From a virus (lineage: Duplodnaviria; Caudoviricetes), in the IMG/VR virus record IMGVR_UViG_3300045015_000053: 64,000 nt of DNA. The stretch is one strand, 5' to 3'. Under the pieces are notes generated by a model that was not told the DNA's origin, ran no database searches, and was given only the letters and a program-made list of their open reading frames with translations. This document shows positions 15,367-26,330 of this stretch, piece by piece; position 1 is the stretch's first letter; every line of letters starts with the position of its first letter. Made by a program: the position numbers and the translations under genes.

Positions 15367-15857
15367 AAAAGGCACTGCTCGCTTCGGCCGCGATCATCTT
15401 CGCTGTCTGGTTCGGTCATTACGTCGGCTACAGCCGGTGCAAGATCGACACGATGGAGCGTGAGAACGCCGAGTCCCGCGCCAAGATGATGGCGACGAAG
15501 CCCATCATTCCTCCAGTTACCGACTGGAAAAAGTTCTACATCGCCATTGAAAGTGGCGATGTCAACGCGATGGAATGGAGTGTTGGCGTTCAGGCCGATC
15601 CCGATTCGGAATACAACCGCTGCACCTTGTTTCTCGTAGACGGGGACCGCTGGTACGAGGTGGAAGATCTCAGTTTGTGGAGTTGCGGCGGGCCGCACGA
15701 AGACGGCGAACTGTACCGTTCTTACGTTCTGCCGCGAGACAAGTTCCGCAAGATGTTGAAGACGGTGCCGTCCGACGACGCGAAGTTCGTGGTGGTCGGC
15801 CCCGGTCGCGCCAAACTGGTCGAAGTCGAAATCAAGTATCGCGAACGCAAACGATAA
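15363..15857 (+). CDS. Membrane-anchored hypothetical protein (paralog B)
   Basis: In the C-terminal part of listed ORF 15105-15857; start MKKALLASAA overlaps the upstream stop. Confidence 0.75.
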   Translation: MKKALLASAAIIFAVWFGHYVGYSRCKIDTMERENAESRAKMMATKPIIPPVTDWKKFYIAIESGDVNAMEWSVGVQADPDSEYNRCTLFLVDGDRWYEVEDLSLWSCGGPHEDGELYRSYVLPRDKFRKMLKTVPSDDAKFVVVGPGRAKLVEVEIKYRERKR

Positions 15858-15885
15858 CGTATACTGACGGCTGGAGGACAAAGCC

Positions 15886-16233
15886 ATGACCCCGGCCGAA
15901 CGCAAACAAAAGATCCGCGACCTTCAATGTCGCGCCGCCGATCTCTACCGGGAGGCCGGCGACCTTCGATGCGACTGCAACCACAACGTTCTGGTCAAAG
16001 AACCGGACGAATCCGGTCACTACGGCAGTGCCGAGTGCGAGGGTTGCGACGAAGACTTCGGGTGGTACTGTCACGCTTCCCCAGATCGTCGCTGTCACTA
16101 CTGGTTCCAGATCGAAGGCGAACGCAAGTTCGTTACGCTTGTCGATGGGACTCAGCACGACGTACCGGCCGACACTGAGGAACCGTATTACGAAGATTGC
16201 ATCTTCTGCGGACACCCCGACGAAAGAAAGTAG
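15886..16233 (+). CDS. Cys-rich hypothetical protein
   Basis: Multiple CxC/CxxC motifs; SD GGAGG. Confidence 0.65.
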   Translation: MTPAERKQKIRDLQCRAADLYREAGDLRCDCNHNVLVKEPDESGHYGSAECEGCDEDFGWYCHASPDRRCHYWFQIEGERKFVTLVDGTQHDVPADTEEPYYEDCIFCGHPDERK

Positions 16234-16559
16234 ACGCAATTTCGGAGACTGGCTCTTTCCCAGTTTATACTGAGCGGGAACTTACTTTCTCGGAGCCAGC
16301 CATGAACAAGGAATCGATCTTGGAACGTGTCCGCACCCACCCGGCCGAGCCGTTAAAGGACGACGCCCTTTACGTCTTTCGGATCACGCAGTTCAAGGGT
16401 CTGCTCGACCTCGTTGAAGACACGATGAAAAAGAGCGGCAAGGATCTGCCGACCGTTCTCGGCGCGTTCGCCAAGAACCGGGAGATCGTCCTGAACAGCT
16501 TCCCCTACGTTGGGGATGCGTTCGATGTCCTCATCAAAGACTTTAGCTGAGGACAAGCC

Positions 16560-17156
16560 ATGCGACGCGCCGTTTACTTGGGAATCGTGTCGGGTCTGTG
16601 CGTGGCGTGGACCCTTTTGATGATCGTCGCCGCAGGTTGGGCGAAGGATCACCCGGTCGCGGGTGTGTTCCCGATTGTGTTGCTCGTGATGGTCCCGATG
16701 GCCGTGGCGATCTACCTGATCCAGTCGGTTTACATCATGTACACACAACCGGAGTGGCACTTCTGGCCCTCGGTTGCGCGGTGCCAACTCTGTCAGAAGC
16801 GGATTTACGTCTGGCAGAACTACGAGCGGCGCGACATGAAGATGAAGGTGATGATGACCTGTACTTTGCCGGTGCAAGTCTGGGGCAGTTCCTTGTGCCA
16901 CACGGCCTGTGAGGGACAGCCTGAAGGTGAAGTAACGGCGAGTCGGGAAGTGGTTACTCGTTCGGCGGCAGACGAGCGGTTCACTGACGAGGAAATGAAG
17001 CAGCCGCACGTTCAGCAGTACCTGTTGGATCGCGTGAACCGGGAAGACGCGGCGCGAGCGGCCGAAGAACGTCGAAGTGCCGAAATGCTCGCCGAAGCGG
17101 AGCAACAGGTGGATCGCGAGTACCCTGCAAAGGGCTGGCCCGTTCAGAAAGACTAA
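16560..17156 (+). CDS. Membrane protein with CxxC
   Basis: Two N-terminal TM segments; SD GAGG. Confidence 0.6.
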   Translation: MRRAVYLGIVSGLCVAWTLLMIVAAGWAKDHPVAGVFPIVLLVMVPMAVAIYLIQSVYIMYTQPEWHFWPSVARCQLCQKRIYVWQNYERRDMKMKVMMTCTLPVQVWGSSLCHTACEGQPEGEVTASREVVTRSAADERFTDEEMKQPHVQQYLLDRVNREDAARAAEERRSAEMLAEAEQQVDREYPAKGWPVQKD

Positions 17157-17516
17157 AATGTCTAAGCAGCAAGAGCGAGATGAGCAACTCGCTGAGTTGT
17201 GGCGGGTGTTAACAGAAACACACGAACCGAGCCACCGCGCACGGCGCAAGCCGGGTGAGGAAATATCCCACACAACTGCCAAAGTGGAAGAAAAAGGTCG
17301 CGAGGCCGAGTATCGCTATCACCACGAATGTGCAAGCCAAACAGACCTGAGCCGGGGGCAGGGCGTTGAAGGTCGGGTTGGTGCGGCAGCTATCGGGCTG
17401 CGGGGCGAGCAATCGCCTCAGTCTAATGGTGGCACTTGTTATACGCGACTCAAAGGTTACGGCCTTTGAGTCAGGCGTGTGGCATAGAACAGAATGGGAG
17501 TTACGGGTTCGTGGAC

Positions 17517-17588
17517 GGTCGATTCGTCTAGTGGCGAAGACATCTGCATCACACGCAGAAAACAGGGGTTCGATTCCCTTATCGACTA
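17517..17588 (+). tRNA. tRNA-Val(CAC)
   Basis: Acceptor GGTCGAT/ATCGACT, arm TCTGC-ATCACAC-GCAGA. Confidence 0.85.
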
Positions 17589-17768
17589 CTAACTACTCTG
17601 GAGTCTGATCATGGCGAGCTTCGCGGACGGGATCGGTCAGGGACTCGACGGGATATTCAAGGTCGGCGGGTGCATCATCATCTTCCTTTTGGGTCTGAGC
17701 GTTCTGTCGCTCGGCACTACGGCTTACCTGCTGTGGCGGTTCTGGGGTCAGTTGTTTTGAGTTGTGAT

Positions 17769-17839
17769 CGGCGATTCGTTCAATGGTAGGACACCTGCCT
17801 GACGTGCAGAAGACGGGGGTTCGATTCCCTCATCGCCGA
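17769..17839 (+). tRNA. tRNA-Val(GAC)
   Basis: Acceptor CGGCGAT/ATCGCCG, loop CTGACGT. Confidence 0.85.
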
Positions 17840-18003
17840 CTTTGACCAGAGGTGTCTTATGCCCAGAAACTCCATCCTCGGTGAAGCTCTCGCCTGTTTC
17901 ATCATGGCGGGTCTTATGCCGATCTTCATTCTCGTCTTTTTGACTGGCGGCATTCCAACTTTGGCTGTCGCCAGTCATCGCCGAGATTGACTAAGATTAC
18001 GGT

Positions 18004-19341
18004 ATGATCACCACCGTAATCTTCGACCTCGACGGCGTTCTCATCGACGCCAAGCCTTACCACTTCAAGGCTCTGAACGACGCTCTCCCAGAGCAATTCC
18101 GCATAACCGACATCGAACACCTGTCGGTTTACGATGGCTTGCCTACTCGCGACAAGCTGCTCAAGCTGTCTCAACTCAAATCCTTCCCACGCGATTGGCA
18201 CCAAAAGACCATCGACGCGAAGAACAAGAACTTCTTCGCATACCTCGCGTCTTTGGCCCCGGACGCTCAGAAACAAGAACTGTTCGCCAAACTGACCGGC
18301 GACGGCTTTAGGATCGCCGTGGTCAGCAATTCCATCAGGCACACCATCGTTTCTGCCCTGAAGCGGCTAGGGCTGTACGAATATGTCTCGCACATTGTCT
18401 CGAACGAGGACATCGCGTCCCCGAAGCCGAACCCGCAACCGTACATGTCGGCGATGTTGTTTCTGGGGGTCGGGCCGCACGAAACGCTGATCGTTGAGGA
18501 CTCTCCTGTGGGCCTCGAAGCGGCCTACAGATCCGGCGCACACGTTCTTCAAGTCGCTGATTCGACCGAGGTCACTTGGATCAACATCAACGCGGCGATC
18601 AAGAACGCCCGCCGCCGCGAGGTGTGGACCGACTACAAGATGAACGTGGTCGTTCCGATGGCCGGCAACGGGAAGAGGTTCGCCGAAGCGGGGTTCGTGG
18701 TCCCCAAGCCGCTGATCGAGATCAACGGCCAGCCGATGATCAAACTCGCGGTCAACTCGCTCAACGTGAAGGCCAATTTCTTCTTCTTGGCTCGGCGAGA
18801 ACACATTCCCCAGTGTGTGTTCCTCGCCTACGATAACCCGGCTTCGCGGTTCGTTCCTGTGGACGGGCTGACCGAAGGCGCGGCGTGTACCGTGCTTCTG
18901 GCCGAGCGTTTCATCGACAACGACAAGCCGCTGCTCATCGCGAACTCGGATCAGTTCGTCGTTTACGATGCTCTCAGGTTCTTCTACACGGCGAAGGACT
19001 ACGACGGGAGCATCCTGACCTTCCCGGCGAAAGAGAGCAAGTGGAGCTACGCGGCCGTGGAAGACGGGATCGTAACGCGGGTGGCCGAGAAGGAAGTGAT
19101 TTCGCCTCACGCGACGGTGGGTGTCTACTTGTGGAACAAGGGCAGTGATTTCGTGAAGTACGCGAAGCAGATGATGGCGAAGGACGTTCGCGTGAACAAC
19201 GAGTTCTACGTCTGCCCGGTTTTCAACGAGGCGATTGCGGACGGCAAGCGGTTCACGATCTTCCCGGTGGAGCAAATGATCGGTATGGGTACGCCAGAAG
19301 ATTACGCAAAAGCTATGTACCCGTTGACCAAGTTGATGTAA
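18004..19341 (+). CDS. HAD phosphatase fused to a sugar-nucleotidyltransferase
   Basis: FDLDGVLID, KPNP, VEDSPVG in the N-half; VVPMAGNGKRF...PKPLI, IANSDQ in the C-half. Confidence 0.85.
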   Translation: MITTVIFDLDGVLIDAKPYHFKALNDALPEQFRITDIEHLSVYDGLPTRDKLLKLSQLKSFPRDWHQKTIDAKNKNFFAYLASLAPDAQKQELFAKLTGDGFRIAVVSNSIRHTIVSALKRLGLYEYVSHIVSNEDIASPKPNPQPYMSAMLFLGVGPHETLIVEDSPVGLEAAYRSGAHVLQVADSTEVTWININAAIKNARRREVWTDYKMNVVVPMAGNGKRFAEAGFVVPKPLIEINGQPMIKLAVNSLNVKANFFFLARREHIPQCVFLAYDNPASRFVPVDGLTEGAACTVLLAERFIDNDKPLLIANSDQFVVYDALRFFYTAKDYDGSILTFPAKESKWSYAAVEDGIVTRVAEKEVISPHATVGVYLWNKGSDFVKYAKQMMAKDVRVNNEFYVCPVFNEAIADGKRFTIFPVEQMIGMGTPEDYAKAMYPLTKLM

Positions 19342-19367
19342 TATGATCGGGAACTGGAGGACCGATC

Positions 19368-19982
19368 ATGCCGCCGTATCAGCAAGAAGACCGCCTTCGT
19401 CCCTTGATCTCGCGTCTGGTCGAGCCTGGACTCGTGCCGGCGATCCAGAAGTTCCACGACGACCACCTCGATGACATCCTCGCCAACCCCGGCAGCGGCC
19501 ACAATCATCAGAACTGGTACGGCGGTTACTGCGACCACATCGTTCAGTGTCTGACGCTGGCCGAACAACAGTACAAAATGCTGTGCAAGTTCCATTCGGC
19601 CAAGTTCGGCAACGAGCGGAAGTTCGCTTCGTACACGCCCCCGTTCACGCTGGCGAGTGCTGCTCTCGTTCTCTACTTCCACGACGTGGAGAAGATCCCG
19701 AAGTACACCCGCACACCGCACATGTTCAACGACGCTCTGAAGTATAACCAAGAGATCTGGTACTACGGCGTTCTGCCAGAGTGGTACGGGATCATCTTTA
19801 TGCCCAACGAACAGAACGCCCTGAAGTACGTTCACGGCGAACACGACCACTCGAAGACCGAGCGGAAGGCCAAGCCGCTGGCCGCATTCTGTCACTGCTG
19901 CGACATGATGTCATCGCGGATGTTCCACGACACCTACGAGTTGAGGGTTCCCAATGGCTCTGACGTGCTGCCTCAAGTGTGA
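19368..19982 (+). CDS. HD-domain phosphohydrolase
   Basis: HNHQ...GGYCDHI...YFHDVEK...HG.H...CDMMSSR. Confidence 0.7.
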   Translation: MPPYQQEDRLRPLISRLVEPGLVPAIQKFHDDHLDDILANPGSGHNHQNWYGGYCDHIVQCLTLAEQQYKMLCKFHSAKFGNERKFASYTPPFTLASAALVLYFHDVEKIPKYTRTPHMFNDALKYNQEIWYYGVLPEWYGIIFMPNEQNALKYVHGEHDHSKTERKAKPLAAFCHCCDMMSSRMFHDTYELRVPNGSDVLPQV

Positions 19983-20429
19983 CAAGTGCTACGGCGAAAA
20001 CAAACCGCGTTGTCCGCATTGCGGTGCGTACAACTTCTTCGCCGACAACGACACCCTCGGACCAGCCGTGGATGTACTGGTCGAGAAAGTCAAGCTCGAT
20101 GCCAAACTCGCCGAACTTGCGGCGGTGCGGGCTGAGATTCTTGACCCCCTTCCATTTGCCGAGGAAATCTGATGAGAGACAAACCGTCGCGGCTCCGAGA
20201 GATGGCCGAGGAAGAACGGTCGGCCCGTGGGTTCGGGATCACCGTGGAACAACTTCGTCAGCAAAGGCGCGAACTCGGCCAGTTGTTGACGGGTCCATAC
20301 GCCGGGTGTTCGCCGGATTTCGCCGATTTCATGGAGTCGAGCAAGAAAGTCTCGAAACTTCTTGCGCAATTTCGGAGACAGTGAAAGACGGCCCTTTTTC
20401 AGCGTATACTGATCACCGGAGGTAAGGCC

Positions 20430-21389
20430 ATGAACTTCGTCGGTTTCCCAAGCATCGAGAGTTTTCATCACATCGTTCGTTACGCTGCGGCGTACCCGGA
20501 CGCGATCAAGGCTCCCGTTCGTTACCGGGGCAAGGTGAAACTCCACGGCACGAACGCCGGCATCCGCGTCGTCAACGGCGAGGTGCAGGCTCAGTCCCGT
20601 AGCCAACTGATCACACCGCAGTCCGACAACGCCGGGTTCGCGCGGTGGGTGGACGGAAACAAGGACTTCTGGCCGGTTCTGAACGCGACCCTCCCCGACT
20701 GCACCGTCTTCGGCGAGTGGGCCGGGCCGGGCATCATGAAGGGTACGGCGATCAACCAAGCGGCCGGCAAATTCTTCGCCGTGTTCGCCATCTACACGCC
20801 GACCGAGATCATCGCCGACCCCGCCGAGATCGCGGCTCTGCTCCCTAACCGTCCGGCCGACGTTCACATTCTGCCGTGGTACGGGGAAGAGTTCGAGGTG
20901 GACTACTGCAACGAAGCCTCGATGCGTCGGACGGTGCCGAACCTGAACGCGGTGGTCGAGACGGTCGAGAAGTGCGACCCGTGGGCGAAGGAAGTTCTGG
21001 GCGTCGAAGGCGTCGGCGAGGGCGTGGTGTACTACCCGCAGACCCGCGACAGCGAGGTGTTCAAGACCCTCGTGTTCAAGGCGAAGGGCGAACAGCACCG
21101 CGTCGTCAAGGCGAAGGAAGCCGTGCAAATGGCTCCCGAAGTCGCCGAGAACATCACCGCGTTCGTGACGATGTTCGTCACCCCGGCGCGACTAGAACAG
21201 GGGCTGGCGGCGGTGGGCGGGCAAGCTCTCATGCCGAAGATGAAGGACTTCCTTCAGTGGATGATGGGGGACGTGGTCAAGGAAAGCAAGGCGGAACTGG
21301 AGGCTTCGGGCATGAAGTGGGAACAGGTCGATAAGGCCGTTCTCAAGGCGTGCCGCGAGTGGTTTATCCAGAAGAGTCGCACCGTCTAA
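20430..21389 (+). CDS. RNA ligase, Rnl2 family
   Basis: KLHGTN (motif I), FGEWAG, GEGVV, FKAKGE. Confidence 0.8.
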   Translation: MNFVGFPSIESFHHIVRYAAAYPDAIKAPVRYRGKVKLHGTNAGIRVVNGEVQAQSRSQLITPQSDNAGFARWVDGNKDFWPVLNATLPDCTVFGEWAGPGIMKGTAINQAAGKFFAVFAIYTPTEIIADPAEIAALLPNRPADVHILPWYGEEFEVDYCNEASMRRTVPNLNAVVETVEKCDPWAKEVLGVEGVGEGVVYYPQTRDSEVFKTLVFKAKGEQHRVVKAKEAVQMAPEVAENITAFVTMFVTPARLEQGLAAVGGQALMPKMKDFLQWMMGDVVKESKAELEASGMKWEQVDKAVLKACREWFIQKSRTV

Positions 21390-21473
21390 GTACAAGAAGT
21401 ACAACGACACCGAGATCGAGTTAAACCTGTTGTCCGAGCATTTGATGCTCGAAGTCATGATGATGGAGAAGAA

Positions 21474-21782
21474 ATGACCGCCGAAGAGTTCAACGTGTTG
21501 TGTCAGGGGTTGATTACCTACAACCCCAACAACTTCCTCGAAAAGCTGTTCAAGACCGACAACGGGTGGTTCCCGTTCGGCGAGTTGGGCATCGCCTCGC
21601 CAGAGGCGATTCGGGTGACGTACATGCAGACGCCGTGGGCGAACTTGGCGGTGATCGTGTTCTTCCACATGTTCGAGGGCTACACCTACAGCAAGACGTA
21701 CAAGATCACCGATCTGCCGTCCGTGCGGGACGGGTACGCGAAACTCAAGGAATCGTTGCCGGGCAACTCCGTCTGCCAGTGA
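21474..21782 (+). CDS. Hypothetical protein
   Basis: SD GGAG. Confidence 0.55.
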   Translation: MTAEEFNVLCQGLITYNPNNFLEKLFKTDNGWFPFGELGIASPEAIRVTYMQTPWANLAVIVFFHMFEGYTYSKTYKITDLPSVRDGYAKLKESLPGNSVCQ

Positions 21783-22473
21783 CGGGCGCGGGGTTCAACT
21801 CCCCGCGATTCCTTTTCGGGGCCGAAAGGCAGGGCGAGCGAAAGCTGTGACCTCTGGTGGGAGCCGCCAAAGACTGTCGCCTAGTCTGGGCTTGCCTCGT
21901 AGCAGGTGACTATAGAGCAAGATGGCAACTTGCGTGGCCGACCCCACCCCCGACAACTCTCTGGTATAATGTACAGGAAGTACACATTACCGTGAGGCAA
22001 ACAATGGACGACATTCTCAAGGACATCGCAGCCCAACTCGCCGCCGACCCGAAGCAGGCGTTCGTTGAAGTCGATCAAGACGACTTCTTCACGCCTGCGG
22101 TCATGACCCGTATCGAAGACCAGTTCCCGAACTATGTGGCAAACACAGGTTCCGGTCGCGGGTCCGGGTCTTGGGTCCAACTCCTACCGAAAGACTGAGT
22201 CATGCTGTTCGCAAACGTGGTCGGCGATTTCATATTGATCTGTTTGGTATTCGCCCTCGTCGGCTTGTTCTGGCTTCTCTACCACATCGGTTACTGGCTG
22301 GCTTACCTGTGCGCCGGCAAACACGGACGCCGGTATATCAGGCGGAAACGCAAGGCCGAACAATTGAAGTTTGCGGAACAAGAACTCGCCAGTCTTCACG
22401 CGGCGACCGATGCTAAGACGGCTGAAGTCAACCGATTGAATGCCGAACTTGACGCCATCTGATACAATTCAGC

Positions 22474-23268
22474 ATGGTTTACGACACGTTCATTTTCCTC
22501 AACGAGTTCGAGATCCTCGACATCCGCTTCCGCGAACTCGAAGACGTGGTTGACACGTTCGTGATCGTGGAGGCCGGCGAAACGCACAGCGGGAAACCCA
22601 AGCCGTTCTTCTTCGAGGAAAAGGCTCGGTGGTTCGCCCGCTGGCTTCACAAAGTCACTCACGTCAAGGTTCAGAAGATCCCTCCGGGCTATCCCGACAA
22701 GCCCATCGCTTACGCCCGCGAGCATTCACACCGCGATTGTACGATCCACGGCTTGGGCAACGTCAAGGCCGACGACTACGTCATGGTCGGTGACGTTGAC
22801 GAGATCCCATCGGCGAACGCCGTTCTTCGCGCCAAAGAGTTGACCGACATGCAGGAGTCGGTGTGGTTCAACCAGCCGCTCTACTACTACTACTTGAACA
22901 ACTTCATGTCGCCGATCTGGAACGGCACCCGGATGGTGAAGGGAAAGTTCTTTCAAGACAAAGAAAACACTGCTACTATGTGTAAGTCGGTTTGGACGCG
23001 GCCGGGGTGCGAGTTGAAGGACGCGGGGTGGCACTTTTCGTGGATGGGTAGTGCCGAGAAGTTGTCGTACAAGCTGTCGTCTTTCATGCACCAAGAATGG
23101 AACCAGCCGCAATACAATAATCTCGCCAACTTCCAAAAGAGCTTGGACACGGGCGACGATTTCTGGGGGCGGGCGCACAAGGGGACCATCGTGCCGCTCG
23201 ACCAGATGCCCAAGTGTGTCCGTGACAATCCGTCGAGCTACGCGGCTCTACTCAAAGCGAAGTGGTGA
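22474..23268 (+). CDS. Glycosyltransferase family 17-like (GnT-III-like)
   Basis: YDTFIFLNEFEILDIRFREL.DVVD.FVIVEA..THSG..KP, GDVDEIP, GWHFSW. Confidence 0.85.
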   Translation: MVYDTFIFLNEFEILDIRFRELEDVVDTFVIVEAGETHSGKPKPFFFEEKARWFARWLHKVTHVKVQKIPPGYPDKPIAYAREHSHRDCTIHGLGNVKADDYVMVGDVDEIPSANAVLRAKELTDMQESVWFNQPLYYYYLNNFMSPIWNGTRMVKGKFFQDKENTATMCKSVWTRPGCELKDAGWHFSWMGSAEKLSYKLSSFMHQEWNQPQYNNLANFQKSLDTGDDFWGRAHKGTIVPLDQMPKCVRDNPSSYAALLKAKW

Positions 23269-23271
23269 ATC

Positions 23272-23619
23272 ATGACAGAGGTTAAAGACAAGCCCGCCGA
23301 GAAACCAATCGTCACTCTGGCCGAACTCTACGAGGACTACGGCAATCTGAGGAGCGATTTGTTCGAGTTGGTGGAACTTTTGCCGGACGGCGATCTCAAA
23401 GATCACATACTCGAAACCGACAAGAGGATTCTGAACATCATCGACGGCAAGGTGAACACGCCGTTGAAGTGCAGACACTGCGAGCAATCGGCCCAGTTTT
23501 GGGCTGAGAAGGCGAGGGAGAAGTGCTTGGAGATGGGGCTTGAGGAAGAACCGGACAACGTCATGTATGCGTTGAAGTGTTACATCGTACAGAACGCGGG
23601 GAGCCACCCGGTTTCATGA
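23272..23619 (+). CDS. Hypothetical protein
   Basis: ORF following the GT gene. Confidence 0.55.
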   Translation: MTEVKDKPAEKPIVTLAELYEDYGNLRSDLFELVELLPDGDLKDHILETDKRILNIIDGKVNTPLKCRHCEQSAQFWAEKAREKCLEMGLEEEPDNVMYALKCYIVQNAGSHPVS

Positions 23620-23747
23620 GCCGGGAAGGTGGGATGCGCAGCAGGGGCAACTCTGTACCACCCCCGCGACCAACACGGCAAAAAGCACGCGACATTCGCG
23701 TGCTTTTTGTCTATACTGGTTTTAACTTGCACACACAGGATTCCAAC

Positions 23748-24362
23748 ATGACCGGCTACACCCAAGAACTCGTTGATCGGAAGCTAGGATTCGAGGACTT
23801 CGCACTCCTCTGTAGTCGGGCCTTCGGCGCACTCGTCACCCTCCGCGACGAACCCCTTTCTGCACCGATCCCCCAAGAACTCAAGCCGAGCAACTACCAC
23901 TTCAAGGAAATCGGCAAGGCGAAAGCCGCACTCCTCAAGCTCCGCGCGATCAAGACCAAGAAAGACCGCATCGTTTGGGGCCGCAAGCGGCTCAAGAAGG
24001 ACATCGCGGCTTACACCGTACACCGCGACGAAGCGAAGTCGAAAGATACTACCGGCCAAATGCGTGCCGTTCTGATGAAGGTCGAGGCGTGGAAGCCGCC
24101 GCACCCCGACCATGCGGAGTTCAAGAAGTTCATGGTGCAACAACTGACCGACTCCATTGCGATGGAGGAACGGTCGGGCGACTTCTACGGCGACATGGTC
24201 ACCAAGCTGGAAGGCACCGGCCCGCTCACCGCTTACGAGCAAGCACTCAAGAAGGCGAAGGACGATCTCGCCTACCACACGAAAGAGTGGAAGGAAGAGG
24301 TCGCCCGCACAAAGAGCCGGAACCTCTGGCTCGGTCGCCTGCGTCGTTCTCTGAAGAAGTGA
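23748..24362 (+). CDS. Hypothetical protein
   Basis: SD AGGA; TATACT -10 at about 23712. Confidence 0.65.
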   Translation: MTGYTQELVDRKLGFEDFALLCSRAFGALVTLRDEPLSAPIPQELKPSNYHFKEIGKAKAALLKLRAIKTKKDRIVWGRKRLKKDIAAYTVHRDEAKSKDTTGQMRAVLMKVEAWKPPHPDHAEFKKFMVQQLTDSIAMEERSGDFYGDMVTKLEGTGPLTAYEQALKKAKDDLAYHTKEWKEEVARTKSRNLWLGRLRRSLKK

Positions 24363-24544
24363 TCCGCCCTTAACTGGAGTTCTGTCATGTCTGTTCTCGA
24401 ACGCATGCGCAAGGTTCGTAAGGTTCCCGATCACCTCCGTCAGTACCGCGATCCCGAAACCGGGTGGCTGTACATCCGCGACGGAGCGTACCTGATCACC
24501 TACTGGGCCAACGGGGAAGTCAAGTCCGTCGAGGTGGTCGGCAA

Positions 24545-24976
24545 GTGATCATCGAAGAAACCGGCAAGCATGTGCCGCTGTTTGCGGGGACCGGCGTACT
24601 GCGGTACTCCCGGCCCCCTGAATACGGCTTCAGGCTCGTGATGGAATGCGATCAGGCTATCGCCGACTACTACCGCGCCCTGATCCCCAAATACAAGAAA
24701 CCCGCTCCGCAAAGATACGGCGCACACGTCTCGGTCGTCAGGAAGGAAATTCCCGACTTGGCGGCTTGGGGGCGGTACGAGGGCGAGCCGATTGAGTACA
24801 TCTACACCGGCACCGTCTACTTCGGCCGGGTCTACTGTTGGCTGAACGTGTTCTGCACGCGGCTAGAGGAAGTGCGGCGCGAGTTGGGCCTCCCGGTAGC
24901 CAGTGAGTACACCCTGCCGCCGGAAGGCTTCACCAAGTGCTTCCACATGACAATTGGCAATTTTAAGGAACTGTGA
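24545..24976 (+). CDS. 2H phosphoesterase-family protein
   Basis: Two Hx(S/T) motifs, AHVSVV and FHMTIG, about 70 aa apart. Confidence 0.65.
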   Translation: MIIEETGKHVPLFAGTGVLRYSRPPEYGFRLVMECDQAIADYYRALIPKYKKPAPQRYGAHVSVVRKEIPDLAAWGRYEGEPIEYIYTGTVYFGRVYCWLNVFCTRLEEVRRELGLPVASEYTLPPEGFTKCFHMTIGNFKEL

Positions 24977-25236
24977 TGACACTTCCACCACTGCCGTATG
25001 CCGACTGGATCACGGCGATCCTCACCATCAGCTACATGCAGTTGATGGCGATGAGGAACGGGTGGGCGTGGCCGCTCGGCATCGCCACGCAGTTCCTCTG
25101 GATCTACATGAGCGTCTCGAAAGAGATGTACGGCATCGTGGTGCTTTCTCTGGTGTTGATGGCACAGTGTGCTTACGGCTGGTGGAACTGGAGCCGCCCG
25201 CCAGAGAAAGAACCCCTCGAAATGGGTGACCAATGA
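24973..25236 (+). CDS. Short PnuC-like (3-TM) transporter
   Basis: WAWPLGI...LWIY...YG...YGWWNW pattern. Confidence 0.6.
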   Translation: MMTLPPLPYADWITAILTISYMQLMAMRNGWAWPLGIATQFLWIYMSVSKEMYGIVVLSLVLMAQCAYGWWNWSRPPEKEPLEMGDQ

Positions 25237-25407
25237 GATACCGAATCTTGATGGCCGTTTTGTTGGCGTCGGGTGTGGCAGGTTGGATCGCAATGATTCC
25301 CGCGCCGCCCTGTCAGAAAAACAAGTCGAATTCAGGGTTGTCAACCACGCGAAGGTTTGATACCTTCTTCTTGAAGCCTCTAACTGCGGACACCGTTCCG
25401 CTGCAAC

Positions 25408-25734
25408 ATGAAGTATTCAGACCGAATCCTGAAGGTCGGCGAGAAACGCTACCGAAGCCTTTCCGCGACCTTGTACCGCCACGACCTTGAGAACCTCGTC
25501 TTGTGTGGCGTTCCGGCCGACGAATACGCTCACGAGGCGTTGTTGGTACTCGAAGAGGCCGACAAAGAAACGAACTTGACCGAGGCGCGGGTGCTGGCGA
25601 TCTTGGTGGACGTTTTCACCAAGATGTTCTCCCCGCCACGCGAAGACTACCGGCGAAACCGAATCGAGCGAGCTTCGGTCAGCCCGAAGTACGCGGCGGC
25701 GGCGAAGGAAGTCTTTGAGGAGTTGACATCGTGA
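25408..25734 (+). CDS. Hypothetical protein
   Basis: ORF ending just before the tRNA half. Confidence 0.55.
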   Translation: MKYSDRILKVGEKRYRSLSATLYRHDLENLVLCGVPADEYAHEALLVLEEADKETNLTEARVLAILVDVFTKMFSPPREDYRRNRIERASVSPKYAAAAKEVFEELTS

Positions 25735-25860
25735 TCGTTGGTCCCGTAGCTCAGTTGGTAGAGCAGCGCACTATTTATTGAGTTAACTTGGGGATAAATA
25801 ATGGTTATTTTTTAATTTTCGTAATATATAATTAAAATAATTAAAATAAAAGGATCAAAT

Positions 25861-26292
25861 ATGAAATCATTTAGAGAATGGGTTAAGAAAAATAAGAATG
25901 TAAATTTAAATGAAAATAGTAATGAAGCTGAAATCCAACAATTGGTAGGATTAATTGATGAACCGATGAAACAAATCTTGTCCATTCAAAAACAGTTTAC
26001 TTTCAATCCACATGTTGCAAACACACCAGAGCAAAATAGCCAAATTCACCAAATTGCGAATCAAATTTCTCCCACCATTAAGAAACTGGGAAGTTCGGTG
26101 CTATCAGTCCATGAAAAAACAGGCTATGAGATGATGAAATTGGGAGATTCGTTGTTCAAAAGCGACTCAAATACAACACGAGCTATTTTGGAGTTTGCTC
26201 AAAAATGGGAACAGATAAAACAATTGGCATTATCTGCATCATCATCTGCAAAAAAATTGTTTAAAAGTAAATTCGGCAAATTCGGCGGATGA
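25861..26292 (+). CDS. AT-rich hypothetical protein with CTS-like N-terminus (MKSFREWVKK)
   Basis: Visibly AT-rich versus flanks; SD AAGGA; inside the split tRNA. Confidence 0.75.
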   Translation: MKSFREWVKKNKNVNLNENSNEAEIQQLVGLIDEPMKQILSIQKQFTFNPHVANTPEQNSQIHQIANQISPTIKKLGSSVLSVHEKTGYEMMKLGDSLFKSDSNTTRAILEFAQKWEQIKQLALSASSSAKKLFKSKFGKFGG

Positions 26293-26330
26293 AATTTTTG
26301 ATACCGTCGATCCACCCTTTGGAGAATCGA

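Noticed and set aside
21784-21945. T-arm hairpin GCGGGG-TTCAACT-CCCCGC followed by GGGGCCGAAAGG, suggesting a two-piece (permuted) tmRNA
   Set aside because: The acceptor strands do not pair convincingly, and there is no TCGAC motif or tag frame. It may still be a structured RNA, but the call is unsupported.
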